From positions 14,500 through 78,499 of the IMG/VR virus record IMGVR_UViG_3300025118_000006: a DNA stretch of 64,000 nucleotides, one strand, 5' to 3'. Below, one piece after another: positions 58,101 to 64,000 of this stretch; positions within the stretch are counted from its first letter, which is position 1; the number at the start of each line of letters is the position of its first letter. Position numbers and translations under genes: made by a program. The notes below the pieces were generated by a model. The model was not told the DNA's origin. It did no database searches and worked only from the letters and a program-made list of their open reading frames with translations. The DNA is from a virus.

Positions 58101-58315
58101 ATGTTGTTGACGCGCTCTCGCTTGCGCCAACTGCACACGGTAACCCGTTCGTTACCAAGAAGGGGCCACAATTGGTCACCGAGCCTTTCCATGCCGGAGC
58201 AAAGTCCGGGCAGGCTAGTCAGGAAGACCATTCCGACGAGAAAGATGACGAAAATTTAAACCCGGATGTCCCGCCACCTTGGTCCGGTCCAACCCCAGGC
58301 GGCCCAGGAATCTAA
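52169..58315 (+). CDS. giant (2048 aa) baseplate wedge/tail appendage protein
   Basis: Repeated GGGGSGA and G.GY...P.V modules; N-terminal 'YGFP.P' and C-terminal 'LVPAGIQV' resemble a gpI-type wedge split by insertions. Confidence 0.65.
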   Translation: MLDPYSQLETARRDTSITHSEHSAGYPLSSFAKIADWYGFPLPSVNWNKSDWRDAVNEAAFAVRGPMPSLFKFLRAALKSHDTVLDVTVNTSAATYGTYALYLSSGNFTTCHVGRIVEITKADGTVLLFKSDPTQDISSHNTRLDLIKSPFGNAQYLGANFTDSSQAVTSGSYSVRFIPFLIHERSPGTTYKHVSDPLVLGDYYKPSVLGANAHEFDIGTWGGLHCVVEVELFPELFSVLPAYLLADNELSALSVGYGGKGYNDGVIVFKGGGGQGAHGTYTVDSSGTINSVTLVDKGAGYTSAPTPIVMHSKLASAQVVLPGSSYTTNTGGPDGKGSLTFTGGGGSGAVGEYTVNADGEITSATITAQGKNYTSIPKIGFSDPGGLGVNGFVTCNLEKTVDMGSGALRAVTISDGGGNYGNAQTYPLIFRGGGGSGAVGTVTSNSGGEIASISTSALGTSYRTAPEVYVGSYDKSISSTITISDGGRWLDAPTISVTGTGVGNSYSVLLDRFLIKNGGSGYEPNSELKLKFTGGDHTVSITGIAPQNLDDFMGHTGSLSGEANYQGTVALVTTSAAHQLTVGQTVRIVVNDPNSGNAGTVSYSGSLDTVEMRVLPGDGLRISYQEALTFSASTSGTNTTTLNIGHDGPVHFWLRKPLKEGTVKVTINGTVLEKSTDDGEVYSTSSGQSESFTLAPGLNPQSLSSTKHFTHITSVVIVQTSADLSGVGTDYNFQPKISGTLFNAVKSGSNNPSANLGTVSATLTAINALTGFTATLTGDSKEAGSIQELDGLALQSIKSTTVTITNKKSSTKKAKYTSGVNYTVMRLTDNTSQFYIFKPSWQSQGTPFSSAVTYTGSVSTVWKKPTVYAHTDSLGRLVRLDVQGHGHGYVKAPTVTLESEDVIQDPLNQSPPKTVTSEAVPQNHILTQVSAAPKEPLEPQFDIVDELAEAGLTYKDNEFLKTGLGKKENRVKIFLDRQGQATIQAGQLAWIKNVSRYDAAKKTFKRHPVSYPFFKFVSTGQKVPNKFSDTSEALYPPVGTEVRISQNPSQDIKNLTGRTGTVEAFATVAGDEDYKYLTLIETEFGDQITSHEFFDGGTASVSVSWRHPDTFGIGDLKSIEQYESPHGLVDNCLSFVLNPDYHKLASVSGCFATFELPYDNSAGETMVFEGTTAWGMAPALATIYTEGRACEILAEPQGRVSWAGGGEKAGISRSLLTDPTLSVRLSSDIHLPEAGGWAYITGHSVSGLNGRVYVLPTSRRDTVRLRDFNKDSLSITTEGTGGYFYAPGGHGLKAHYKISDDGKGQISSSSKWVLEKNGGTFRTAPYLFPEKPSEPRDDYRGPSMGWPTGVTTLADGLAHTYATVGYSHITGGLAFTSDASATTARGGDLLFHGGGGKPVEIEEVVAGGGWIAGIKTQSAHGLSTNDYVRIRNVRDANGEPVDIINRKVKVTVVSATAFMVFDATLGTNTFIATDLSTDDFVGGAVDLVAEQATGTFTIGDDGSVSGATVTTAGGYYSFPPEITVPKNSIAYKSTLYKLSADENVVDDAMFGSANAPLAPPHLTSTLLYDATIAATVEKAAFSVTLAANAAENTNTSDSSTIHVTETSQKDVSVSLSWNDGEVTHFWGAKVPGGWQVTGTPSITNAGSNYVSENNFGGFQGFLKVEGGGNQVIEHAKIMFRISSGTIAELAVVHPGLGYTSAPTLSMPDGSEGAGATFSASIQSNTMANMAEKIADTINNGCLYPVLALTEDKEQEGFVWHNGANPPSFNGIGFSATDSVSGSSGFGEVLVKVTPSGPTVPNEAKMSVLGPGGALAKNFAVGDSSTGFVGLGHYGQCIITQPNWSLVSQGTDTSLSKVIFDRTHADGLTESHTLYLTGGGGSPVEAESPTRPAGMEFSAHLREGVIRTNSVTGEVEELLGHADVPNSGTPSTKYAYPIYLQSAYDRSLMDYLSALVPAGIQVVVTHRDCDSDSYISPADVVDALSLAPTAHGNPFVTKKGPQLVTEPFHAGAKSGQASQEDHSDEKDDENLNPDVPPPWSGPTPGGPGI

Positions 58316-58380
58316 ATTTATTTTCGCTCTACTGAGAGCCAATTTGGCCTCGTGGATAATTATTCTTATTTTTTTTGTTG

Positions 58381-58431
58381 TAAAGGGCTTGACAACACCC
58401 CCATCGCTGAGGCATAAAGGTGAATGTGACG
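58381..58431 (+). promoter_or_regulatory. sigma70-like early promoter with GTGACG box
   Basis: TAAAGGGC-TTGACA-N18-CATAAA-N7-GTGACG, preceded by an AT-rich UP-like tract. Confidence 0.7.
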
Positions 58432-58453
58432 AACTTGAGATGGAGATTTCAAA

Positions 58454-59503
58454 ATGACTAAGAAACTAAACGTAATGACTGACCTCGCAAACATCTTCTT
58501 CGGAGTAGAAGTAGAGATGTCCATGCCTTCCCGTTATTCTGGTACTACTCTGTTGGCAGACGGCCTTCGTGAGGCTGGCGTGCTTCGGGCTCAGGGCTCT
58601 TCTTGTGCTCACGATACGCAGGGTCGTGTCTGGAACATCGTTTCAGATTGCAGTGTTAGCGGTTCCGTCGGCTTCGGTGGCGAGCTTGTGTGTCCACCTC
58701 TTACTGTTGAAGATATCGAAACACTTCAGACTGTGCTTCGCGTGATGCGACGTGGTGGATGCAAGTCCAGTGCTCGTCTAGGCTGTGGAATTCACATTCA
58801 CATCGACGGTGCTTACATGACTGGCGCGGACCATACTGTGAATCCGCTTAACGGTCGACGCACATCGTCGGTAGGGTCGGACATGCAAGCGGTTATTCGT
58901 TTACTTAAGACAGTTCACGCTCACGACGCTCAGATGCAGGCGATGCTTGGTAACTCGACTCGTCGTAACTATTGCCGACCCATTTCGGAGTCCTACGTGA
59001 AGCGCATGAAAGGCGTTAAGAGCTTCGATCAACTGAAGGTTGCTATCGTCGATGATATGAATGGTGGTCGAGGCACTGTCGGTCGACCTTCCGCAAATGA
59101 CCGAGCACACTTCAATAACGTGCTTCGTCGCGCCGACTATCAGCTTGGCTCACGCTACCCAAGCGCCCGCTATGCTGCTTTGAATCTTTGTCCGCTCGCG
59201 TCTAAAGGAACTGTCGAGTTTCGACTCTTCAACGGCACTTTGCACGCTGGGAAGGTTCGCGCTTACATCCTGTGGGCACTCGCAATGGCTCACTTCGCAA
59301 AGAACGCTACTCGCGTATCCTCGAAGCAAAAGGCAGTATCCCGTAACATGAAGTACGACTGTCGCACTTGGCTTAATCGTCTCGGCATGATCGGTGACGA
59401 TTTCAAGACTGCACGTCTTCACCTCGTGGGCCGGAAGTCGCTTCTGGAGGGTAACTCCTCTCGCGCTGGACACAACAACAACGAAACTCAATTGGCTGCG
59501 TAA
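58454..59503 (+). CDS. putative amidoligase (COOH-NH2 ligase, Amidoligase_2 family)
   Basis: FGVEVE, DCSV, ELVCPPL, CGIHIHI, RYAALN, TVEFRLFNGTL motifs. Confidence 0.88.
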   Translation: MTKKLNVMTDLANIFFGVEVEMSMPSRYSGTTLLADGLREAGVLRAQGSSCAHDTQGRVWNIVSDCSVSGSVGFGGELVCPPLTVEDIETLQTVLRVMRRGGCKSSARLGCGIHIHIDGAYMTGADHTVNPLNGRRTSSVGSDMQAVIRLLKTVHAHDAQMQAMLGNSTRRNYCRPISESYVKRMKGVKSFDQLKVAIVDDMNGGRGTVGRPSANDRAHFNNVLRRADYQLGSRYPSARYAALNLCPLASKGTVEFRLFNGTLHAGKVRAYILWALAMAHFAKNATRVSSKQKAVSRNMKYDCRTWLNRLGMIGDDFKTARLHLVGRKSLLEGNSSRAGHNNNETQLAA

Positions 59504-59513
59504 CGTCACACCC

Positions 59514-59557
59514 CTGGCTGACCGGCTCGCAGCCTTTACTCCATCCCGGTCAGCCAG
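59514..59557 (+). terminator. 12-bp perfect stem-loop after the amidoligase (terminator or processing site)
   Basis: CTGGCTGACCGG...CCGGTCAGCCAG; no strong U tract. Confidence 0.5.
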
Positions 59558-59617
59558 CCCCTCGGGGTTATTCTAAAGCTGTTGACAGCGTGACCATTAT
59601 TTGAAACAAAGGACATA

Positions 59618-60214
59618 ATGAAAGATTATCCAAAATACTACTTCGCCTACGGCTCGAACGTGATGTCCGAGCAAATGGCTAGAAGATGCCCTAGCGCGAC
59701 GTTCGAGCAGGCTGGCTACTTAGATGGTGCAAAACTCTGCTTTCGCGGTTACAGCGGTGGCTGGGGCGGCGCAGTGGCTACTCTGTCCAGGGGCTCGGGG
59801 CGCGATGTTGTGCCGGGAGTTCTTTACAGCATGACCACCAAGGACTGGAAGCTGCTGGATGCTTTCGAGGGTTACCCATGGCAGTACACTGCCATAAACC
59901 GGTTGGTTCGGTTACAGAACGGGGCGGTGGTTCGCGCCAGAACATATATCCTGGCAGACCACACTAAGCTGGTTGCAGAACCGGCCACCGTTTACACGCA
60001 GCAGATTGAGCGCGGGCTCGCCAGTCGTGGCCTTTGCTTCGACCATGTGTCCGATGCGGCCATTGAGAGCCATTACGCCCTTAAAGCGCGTGTCAACGAG
60101 GTCGGCCAGTTCCAGTTAGAATTTGAAAAGGACCAGCGGTTTTCACGCAAAGGTGTCCGAAACAATGTTTGGCGAGCCTCTACGGGTCGAGCCATTTTCG
60201 CAAAAGGGAGATAG
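59618..60214 (+). CDS. gamma-glutamylcyclotransferase (AIG2-like)
   Basis: YFAYGSN...QM..RCP...V.GVLY......LD.FEG.P..Y. Confidence 0.88.
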   Translation: MKDYPKYYFAYGSNVMSEQMARRCPSATFEQAGYLDGAKLCFRGYSGGWGGAVATLSRGSGRDVVPGVLYSMTTKDWKLLDAFEGYPWQYTAINRLVRLQNGAVVRARTYILADHTKLVAEPATVYTQQIERGLASRGLCFDHVSDAAIESHYALKARVNEVGQFQLEFEKDQRFSRKGVRNNVWRASTGRAIFAKGR

Positions 60215-60216
60215 AT

Positions 60217-60597
60217 ATGAAGCACAAAGTTTTTGTTTACGGGACGCTCAGGCGGGGGCTTGGCAATCACGGTTACCTGGCTAATAGCAGACTTGTTGGC
60301 GAGGCGACGATCAACGGTTACGAGATGTTCGACTATGGATACTTTCCAGCGGTCGTCCAGGGTAACGGGGTCATTCACGGGGAAATTTACGAGATAAGCG
60401 ATAAGACGCTGAAGCAACTGGACACGCTCGAAGGTCATCCCAAGTTTTATCTTCGGATGGAGGAAAAGACTTGGGCTGGCCAGTTTGTTTGGCTCTACAC
60501 GATGCAGGCGAGCAAGGTCGAAGGCATGACTCGTGTGACCAGTGGTGACTGGCTCGAACACAGGCGAACCCGACCAGAAAGTACAGTATTCCATTAA
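60217..60597 (+). CDS. gamma-glutamylcyclotransferase/GGACT family protein
   Basis: VFVYGTLRRG..NH...GEIYEI....L..LD.LEG.P..Y.R...SGDW. Confidence 0.9.
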   Translation: MKHKVFVYGTLRRGLGNHGYLANSRLVGEATINGYEMFDYGYFPAVVQGNGVIHGEIYEISDKTLKQLDTLEGHPKFYLRMEEKTWAGQFVWLYTMQASKVEGMTRVTSGDWLEHRRTRPESTVFH

Positions 60598-60617
60598 TTT
60601 GTGATGAGGTGAGAATC

Positions 60618-61511
60618 ATGGGAAGTAGCGTTATGAAATCAAACTCGAACATCGTGACTGATGTCGATACCGCAAACCGATGGCTGCAAGCCGCTCAGGG
60701 CCGGGGAAACCTAGTCTCGACGGTCGCTGGACTCAGCCACCTACCACCGTTTAAGGCGCTGGCAATTCAGCGTGTCGAGGTGAATCCCGATCAGGCTGTC
60801 GGTGATGTCTACTCGATACCCGGACCCGGCAATAAATTCGGGCTATCAAAACACATTTTGGGCAAGCTCTTCGCGGCGAAGCACGGCTCCATCCTTAAGA
60901 GCTACCGCAAAGATGACGGGTCCGATCCGTATTATGTAGAGTGGGCTGTTGAGGTTGAGGTCATGGAGGTCACAGGTGTGAAGCGTATCTGCAAAGGAAC
61001 GCGGCGCGTGGACCTTCGCGACGGCTCGCCAGAACTCTCCACGATGCGTGGTGAGAAGCACATTCAACAGGCTCGGAGGTGGGCTATGGAAAATGCCGAA
61101 ACCAAGGCTCTGAACCGGGCCATTCGGTCGGTGCTCGGGCTCAAAACAGCATACACTGGCGATGAGATTCAGCGCCCATTTATCATTCCGGTATTGGTCC
61201 CGCTCGTAAACGAGGCAGACTTGTCTCCACAGATGCGTGAGATTGTGGCGATGCAGAGCCTCTTTGGCGATGCCGCACTCAAACTTTACGGCGGTGCAGA
61301 GGAGCCAGCGGTGACGGACTTGAAGGCTTTACCAAACATCGACACTTCGACGGGAGAGGTTATCGAAGAGACGTTCGAGGACGTTGGTTTGGAAGATGAG
61401 CCGGAGCCTATGCCTGCTCCTCTTCCTGCTCCAACTCCTGCTCCTAAAGTTCAGCAAAGCTCGCTACCACCTTCGTTGGATGAAATCGACGCTGACGAAA
61501 TTCCATTCTAG
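60618..61511 (+). CDS. putative ssDNA-binding/annealing protein with acidic DEIPF tail
   Basis: AETKALNRAIRS.LG; Pro-rich linker; C-terminal DADEIPF; upstream of SbcCD. Confidence 0.5.
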   Translation: MGSSVMKSNSNIVTDVDTANRWLQAAQGRGNLVSTVAGLSHLPPFKALAIQRVEVNPDQAVGDVYSIPGPGNKFGLSKHILGKLFAAKHGSILKSYRKDDGSDPYYVEWAVEVEVMEVTGVKRICKGTRRVDLRDGSPELSTMRGEKHIQQARRWAMENAETKALNRAIRSVLGLKTAYTGDEIQRPFIIPVLVPLVNEADLSPQMREIVAMQSLFGDAALKLYGGAEEPAVTDLKALPNIDTSTGEVIEETFEDVGLEDEPEPMPAPLPAPTPAPKVQQSSLPPSLDEIDADEIPF

Positions 61512-61521
61512 GGGGTGTGTG

Positions 61522-62643
61522 ATGACTAATTTTCTACACTTGGCAGACCTGCATCTAACAAGCACTTCTGACAACTGGGGCGAGCAGCAAACGGTAATGG
61601 CGTGGCTGTTAAGTCAGGTCCAAGAGCGTTCGCCGGATGGCGTGCTTATCGCTGGCGATCTTACCAACAAGCAGCCTCGCAGGGCCACCATCGAAGAGCG
61701 TCGTGTTTTGGCGCGATGGTGTGCCCAGGCCGCGATGGTATGTCCGGTCACAGTCATACGCGGAAACCACGATTTGCGTAACGATTGGGGCTTCTTGTCG
61801 CACCTTCCAGGCGTGAGGTATTTTGAGAAGCCGGGTCGAGTCACTGTCGATGACACCGAGATCTTCTGCCTACCCTATCCTCGTCGGTCTGCATTCGCAG
61901 ATGTCGGGGTAAGCAAGGTAGGCATCAGCGAGGAGTTGAAGCAAGCAGTAGTCGAGCTTCTGAGGGCGGTAGGTTTAAGCTGGAAGTCGAGCAAAAGAAT
62001 TCTGCTCGGCCACCTCAATATCTCAGGCTCTCTTTTGTCTAACGGGCAGCCTTTTGTTGGAGACGATGTGGAGGTCACATTGGCACAATTAGAAGTCGCT
62101 CGCGCAAGCTACTATGCGCTTGGTCACATCCACCAGCCACAAGATTTGGGTCAGGCACGCTATCCCGGCTCGCTGTGGCCATCGGATTTTGGCGAGGAGC
62201 ATGAGCATTCGGTGTCGTGGGTGACCATCGATGACGATGGAGCGCACGTTGAGACGGTGGAATCGATAGCCCGACCAGTGTGTACGATTAGCGCGATTTT
62301 TTCGGAGGGCGAATTGCGACCTGAAGACAAGCATGTGCCCGAGCGAGCGCGGGTGAAGCTTCGGGTGGAGGTGTCCGAAGAAGAGGCTGCTCTTTTGAGC
62401 GAAGAGCGAGCGTCTTTGGTGTTTGGGCACGCAGTCGATGTTTTTGAGAAGAGGGTGGTTAAAAGCCACCGAGTGAGGGCACCGAAAATTGCGGAAACGA
62501 AAGACCTACGTGAAAAACTAAAATTGTACTGGGAAGTCGCGAGCGAGCCACCAACGGAAGACGTACAGGCGATGGCGTTGGAGCGTTTGTCTGCGATAAT
62601 TGAGGGAGAAAACAATGAAGCTAAAATCTCTAAAGCTGTCTGA
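61522..62643 (+). CDS. SbcD/Mre11-like nuclease
   Basis: HLADLHL, IAGD, RGNHD, GH, YALGHIH, YPGS metallophosphoesterase motifs. Confidence 0.92.
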   Translation: MTNFLHLADLHLTSTSDNWGEQQTVMAWLLSQVQERSPDGVLIAGDLTNKQPRRATIEERRVLARWCAQAAMVCPVTVIRGNHDLRNDWGFLSHLPGVRYFEKPGRVTVDDTEIFCLPYPRRSAFADVGVSKVGISEELKQAVVELLRAVGLSWKSSKRILLGHLNISGSLLSNGQPFVGDDVEVTLAQLEVARASYYALGHIHQPQDLGQARYPGSLWPSDFGEEHEHSVSWVTIDDDGAHVETVESIARPVCTISAIFSEGELRPEDKHVPERARVKLRVEVSEEEAALLSEERASLVFGHAVDVFEKRVVKSHRVRAPKIAETKDLREKLKLYWEVASEPPTEDVQAMALERLSAIIEGENNEAKISKAV

Positions 62644-64000
62644 TTTAACAAGGTTCCATGACCAAGAAATAGTCATTCCTTTTGGTGAAATGCCGAGCGG
62701 ACTGATAGCGATTTGCGGTGCGAACGGGGCGGGCAAAACTACGGTCCTTGAGGCGTCTTGCCCAGGCATAATTTACAGAACAATGCCCAGCCGAGTACCT
62801 CGTGGTCTAGCGCATTGCGCTCGCTCGCGTGAAGCTGGTATTGAGCTTGATTTTGAACACGGTGGAGACGATTACCGAGCCAAGGTTTTAGTCGATAACG
62901 TATCGGGCAAGCAGGAAGCTCATATTTGGCAAAATGGTGAGGCTTTGGTCGATGGGAAGGTAAGGGACTACGACCGTGAAATCCAGGCGATTCTAGGCGC
63001 AGAGGAGGAGGTATTAGCTTCTGTTTTTGCAGTCCAGGGCGGTGCGGGGTCATTCGTTAATCTGTCGGTTTCAGAGCGCCGCAAATTGTTTAGAAAGCTT
63101 CTTGGCATCGAACGTATGGACTCGATGGCCAAGCACGCGAACGACGAGGCAAAGCGTTATGCTCAGGAGTATGAATTCTCGCTAAAAGGTCATCGTGTAA
63201 GAGAGGATGTTGAGAGTGATCTCAACGACCTCTACAAGCAGGTAGCGGAGTCCACTGACCTGTTAGCAAAGGTCGTGACATCCTGTGACGAGGCGAATCG
63301 TGGATACGAGTTTGCACAATCGCAGTATCGCGAGCTAGAGAAAAGGCTTCGGGAGTCTCATTCGACCGCAATGGCACAGCATGAGATTTTGAAGGCGTCG
63401 AAAGAAAAAGCGGTCCTTGTCGCAGCGCGTCATAAAGATTTGAAAACAGGGCTGGAGAGAGAAATAGCTTCAAAAGCACACTTTGAGAAGTCGATTAAAT
63501 CAATCACAGGTAGGCTCTCGAAGGGTTTGACTGGTTACGACCGGGTGAAGGGCTTTGATGCAAACGAGGCAAAGCTGTCTGTGTTGGAATTGTCGGAGCA
63601 GCTTGTTGAGATGCGCGAGGCGAAGGCAGAGCACGAGAAGTCGGTTTCTGAGTGCTATCGGCTCGATTTATTGGAAGCTCAATTAGCTGCCCAGTGCGGT
63701 GTGGACACACCTTGCGAGCCGGACATGAAAAGCGAGTGCCCACTTGCCTCTGCCGCAAACGACGCGCAGGAAAAGCTAAAATCAGTCACTGAGGCTTTGT
63801 CGGTCGCACGGGCTCGTGTTAGCGAGAAGCCAGTGACGGACGAAGGGATTATTGCGATGGAGGAGCGGTTAGCTGTTTTGCGTGATGATCTTCGCGATTA
63901 CGCATCGTACACTACACGCGCAAGCGAGCTTGAATCTTCGCGGGCCGAAGACAAAGCCGAGCTTTCGAGGCTCGAAGGTGAGCTTGCGAAAGTTAGCCAG
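62615..64000 (+). CDS. SbcC/Rad50-like ATPase (partial, runs off window; absent from the ORF track)
   Basis: MKLKSLKL...GANGAGKTT Walker A; SVFAVQG Q-loop; ERRKLF..LLG; coiled coil; PC..CPL hook-like cysteines near 63700. Confidence 0.9.
   Translation, partial: MKLKSLKLSDLTRFHDQEIVIPFGEMPSGLIAICGANGAGKTTVLEASCPGIIYRTMPSRVPRGLAHCARSREAGIELDFEHGGDDYRAKVLVDNVSGKQEAHIWQNGEALVDGKVRDYDREIQAILGAEEEVLASVFAVQGGAGSFVNLSVSERRKLFRKLLGIERMDSMAKHANDEAKRYAQEYEFSLKGHRVREDVESDLNDLYKQVAESTDLLAKVVTSCDEANRGYEFAQSQYRELEKRLRESHSTAMAQHEILKASKEKAVLVAARHKDLKTGLEREIASKAHFEKSIKSITGRLSKGLTGYDRVKGFDANEAKLSVLELSEQLVEMREAKAEHEKSVSECYRLDLLEAQLAAQCGVDTPCEPDMKSECPLASAANDAQEKLKSVTEALSVARARVSEKPVTDEGIIAMEERLAVLRDDLRDYASYTTRASELESSRAEDKAELSRLEGELAKVSQ

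Noticed and set aside
1-64000. tRNA/rRNA genes, integrase, transposase
   Set aside because: None recognisable by eye; a tRNAscan/Infernal run would be needed to exclude small RNAs.

Overview
This window is the virion-morphogenesis region of a large tailed dsDNA phage with a contractile tail (myovirus). Head and neck gene order resembles SPO1/Twort-like phages, and it uses the standard genetic code. Order: probable TerS; an inverted island of small sigma70-driven genes; TerL; a long fibre-like protein with three paralogous accessory genes; a lysis cassette (PG-binding plus M15 endolysin, membrane proteins); portal; MuF; two head-associated proteins; prohead protease; scaffold; major capsid protein; neck; sheath; tube; tail chaperone with a probable +1 frameshift; tape measure; baseplate and fibre genes; an amidoligase with two gamma-glutamylcyclotransferases; a protein with an SSB-like tail; and SbcD/SbcC (running off the end). 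The most striking feature is at 16.7-25.3 kb. The MuF protein and a 1772-aa protein look like modular cargo polyproteins. Predicted prohead-protease sites (hydrophobic-x-K|A/S/G, often inside an F-x-x-F-S-D-L-x-K linker) separate units that each begin with one of two repeated basic leader motifs. The cargo includes a zincin, a beta-clamp-like domain, a ComM/YifB-like fragment and an LPD25-like domain. Two adjacent cargo segments are bounded by three perfect in-frame 23-bp DNA repeats, like cassettes. All family assignments come from motif recognition by eye; no database searches were run.
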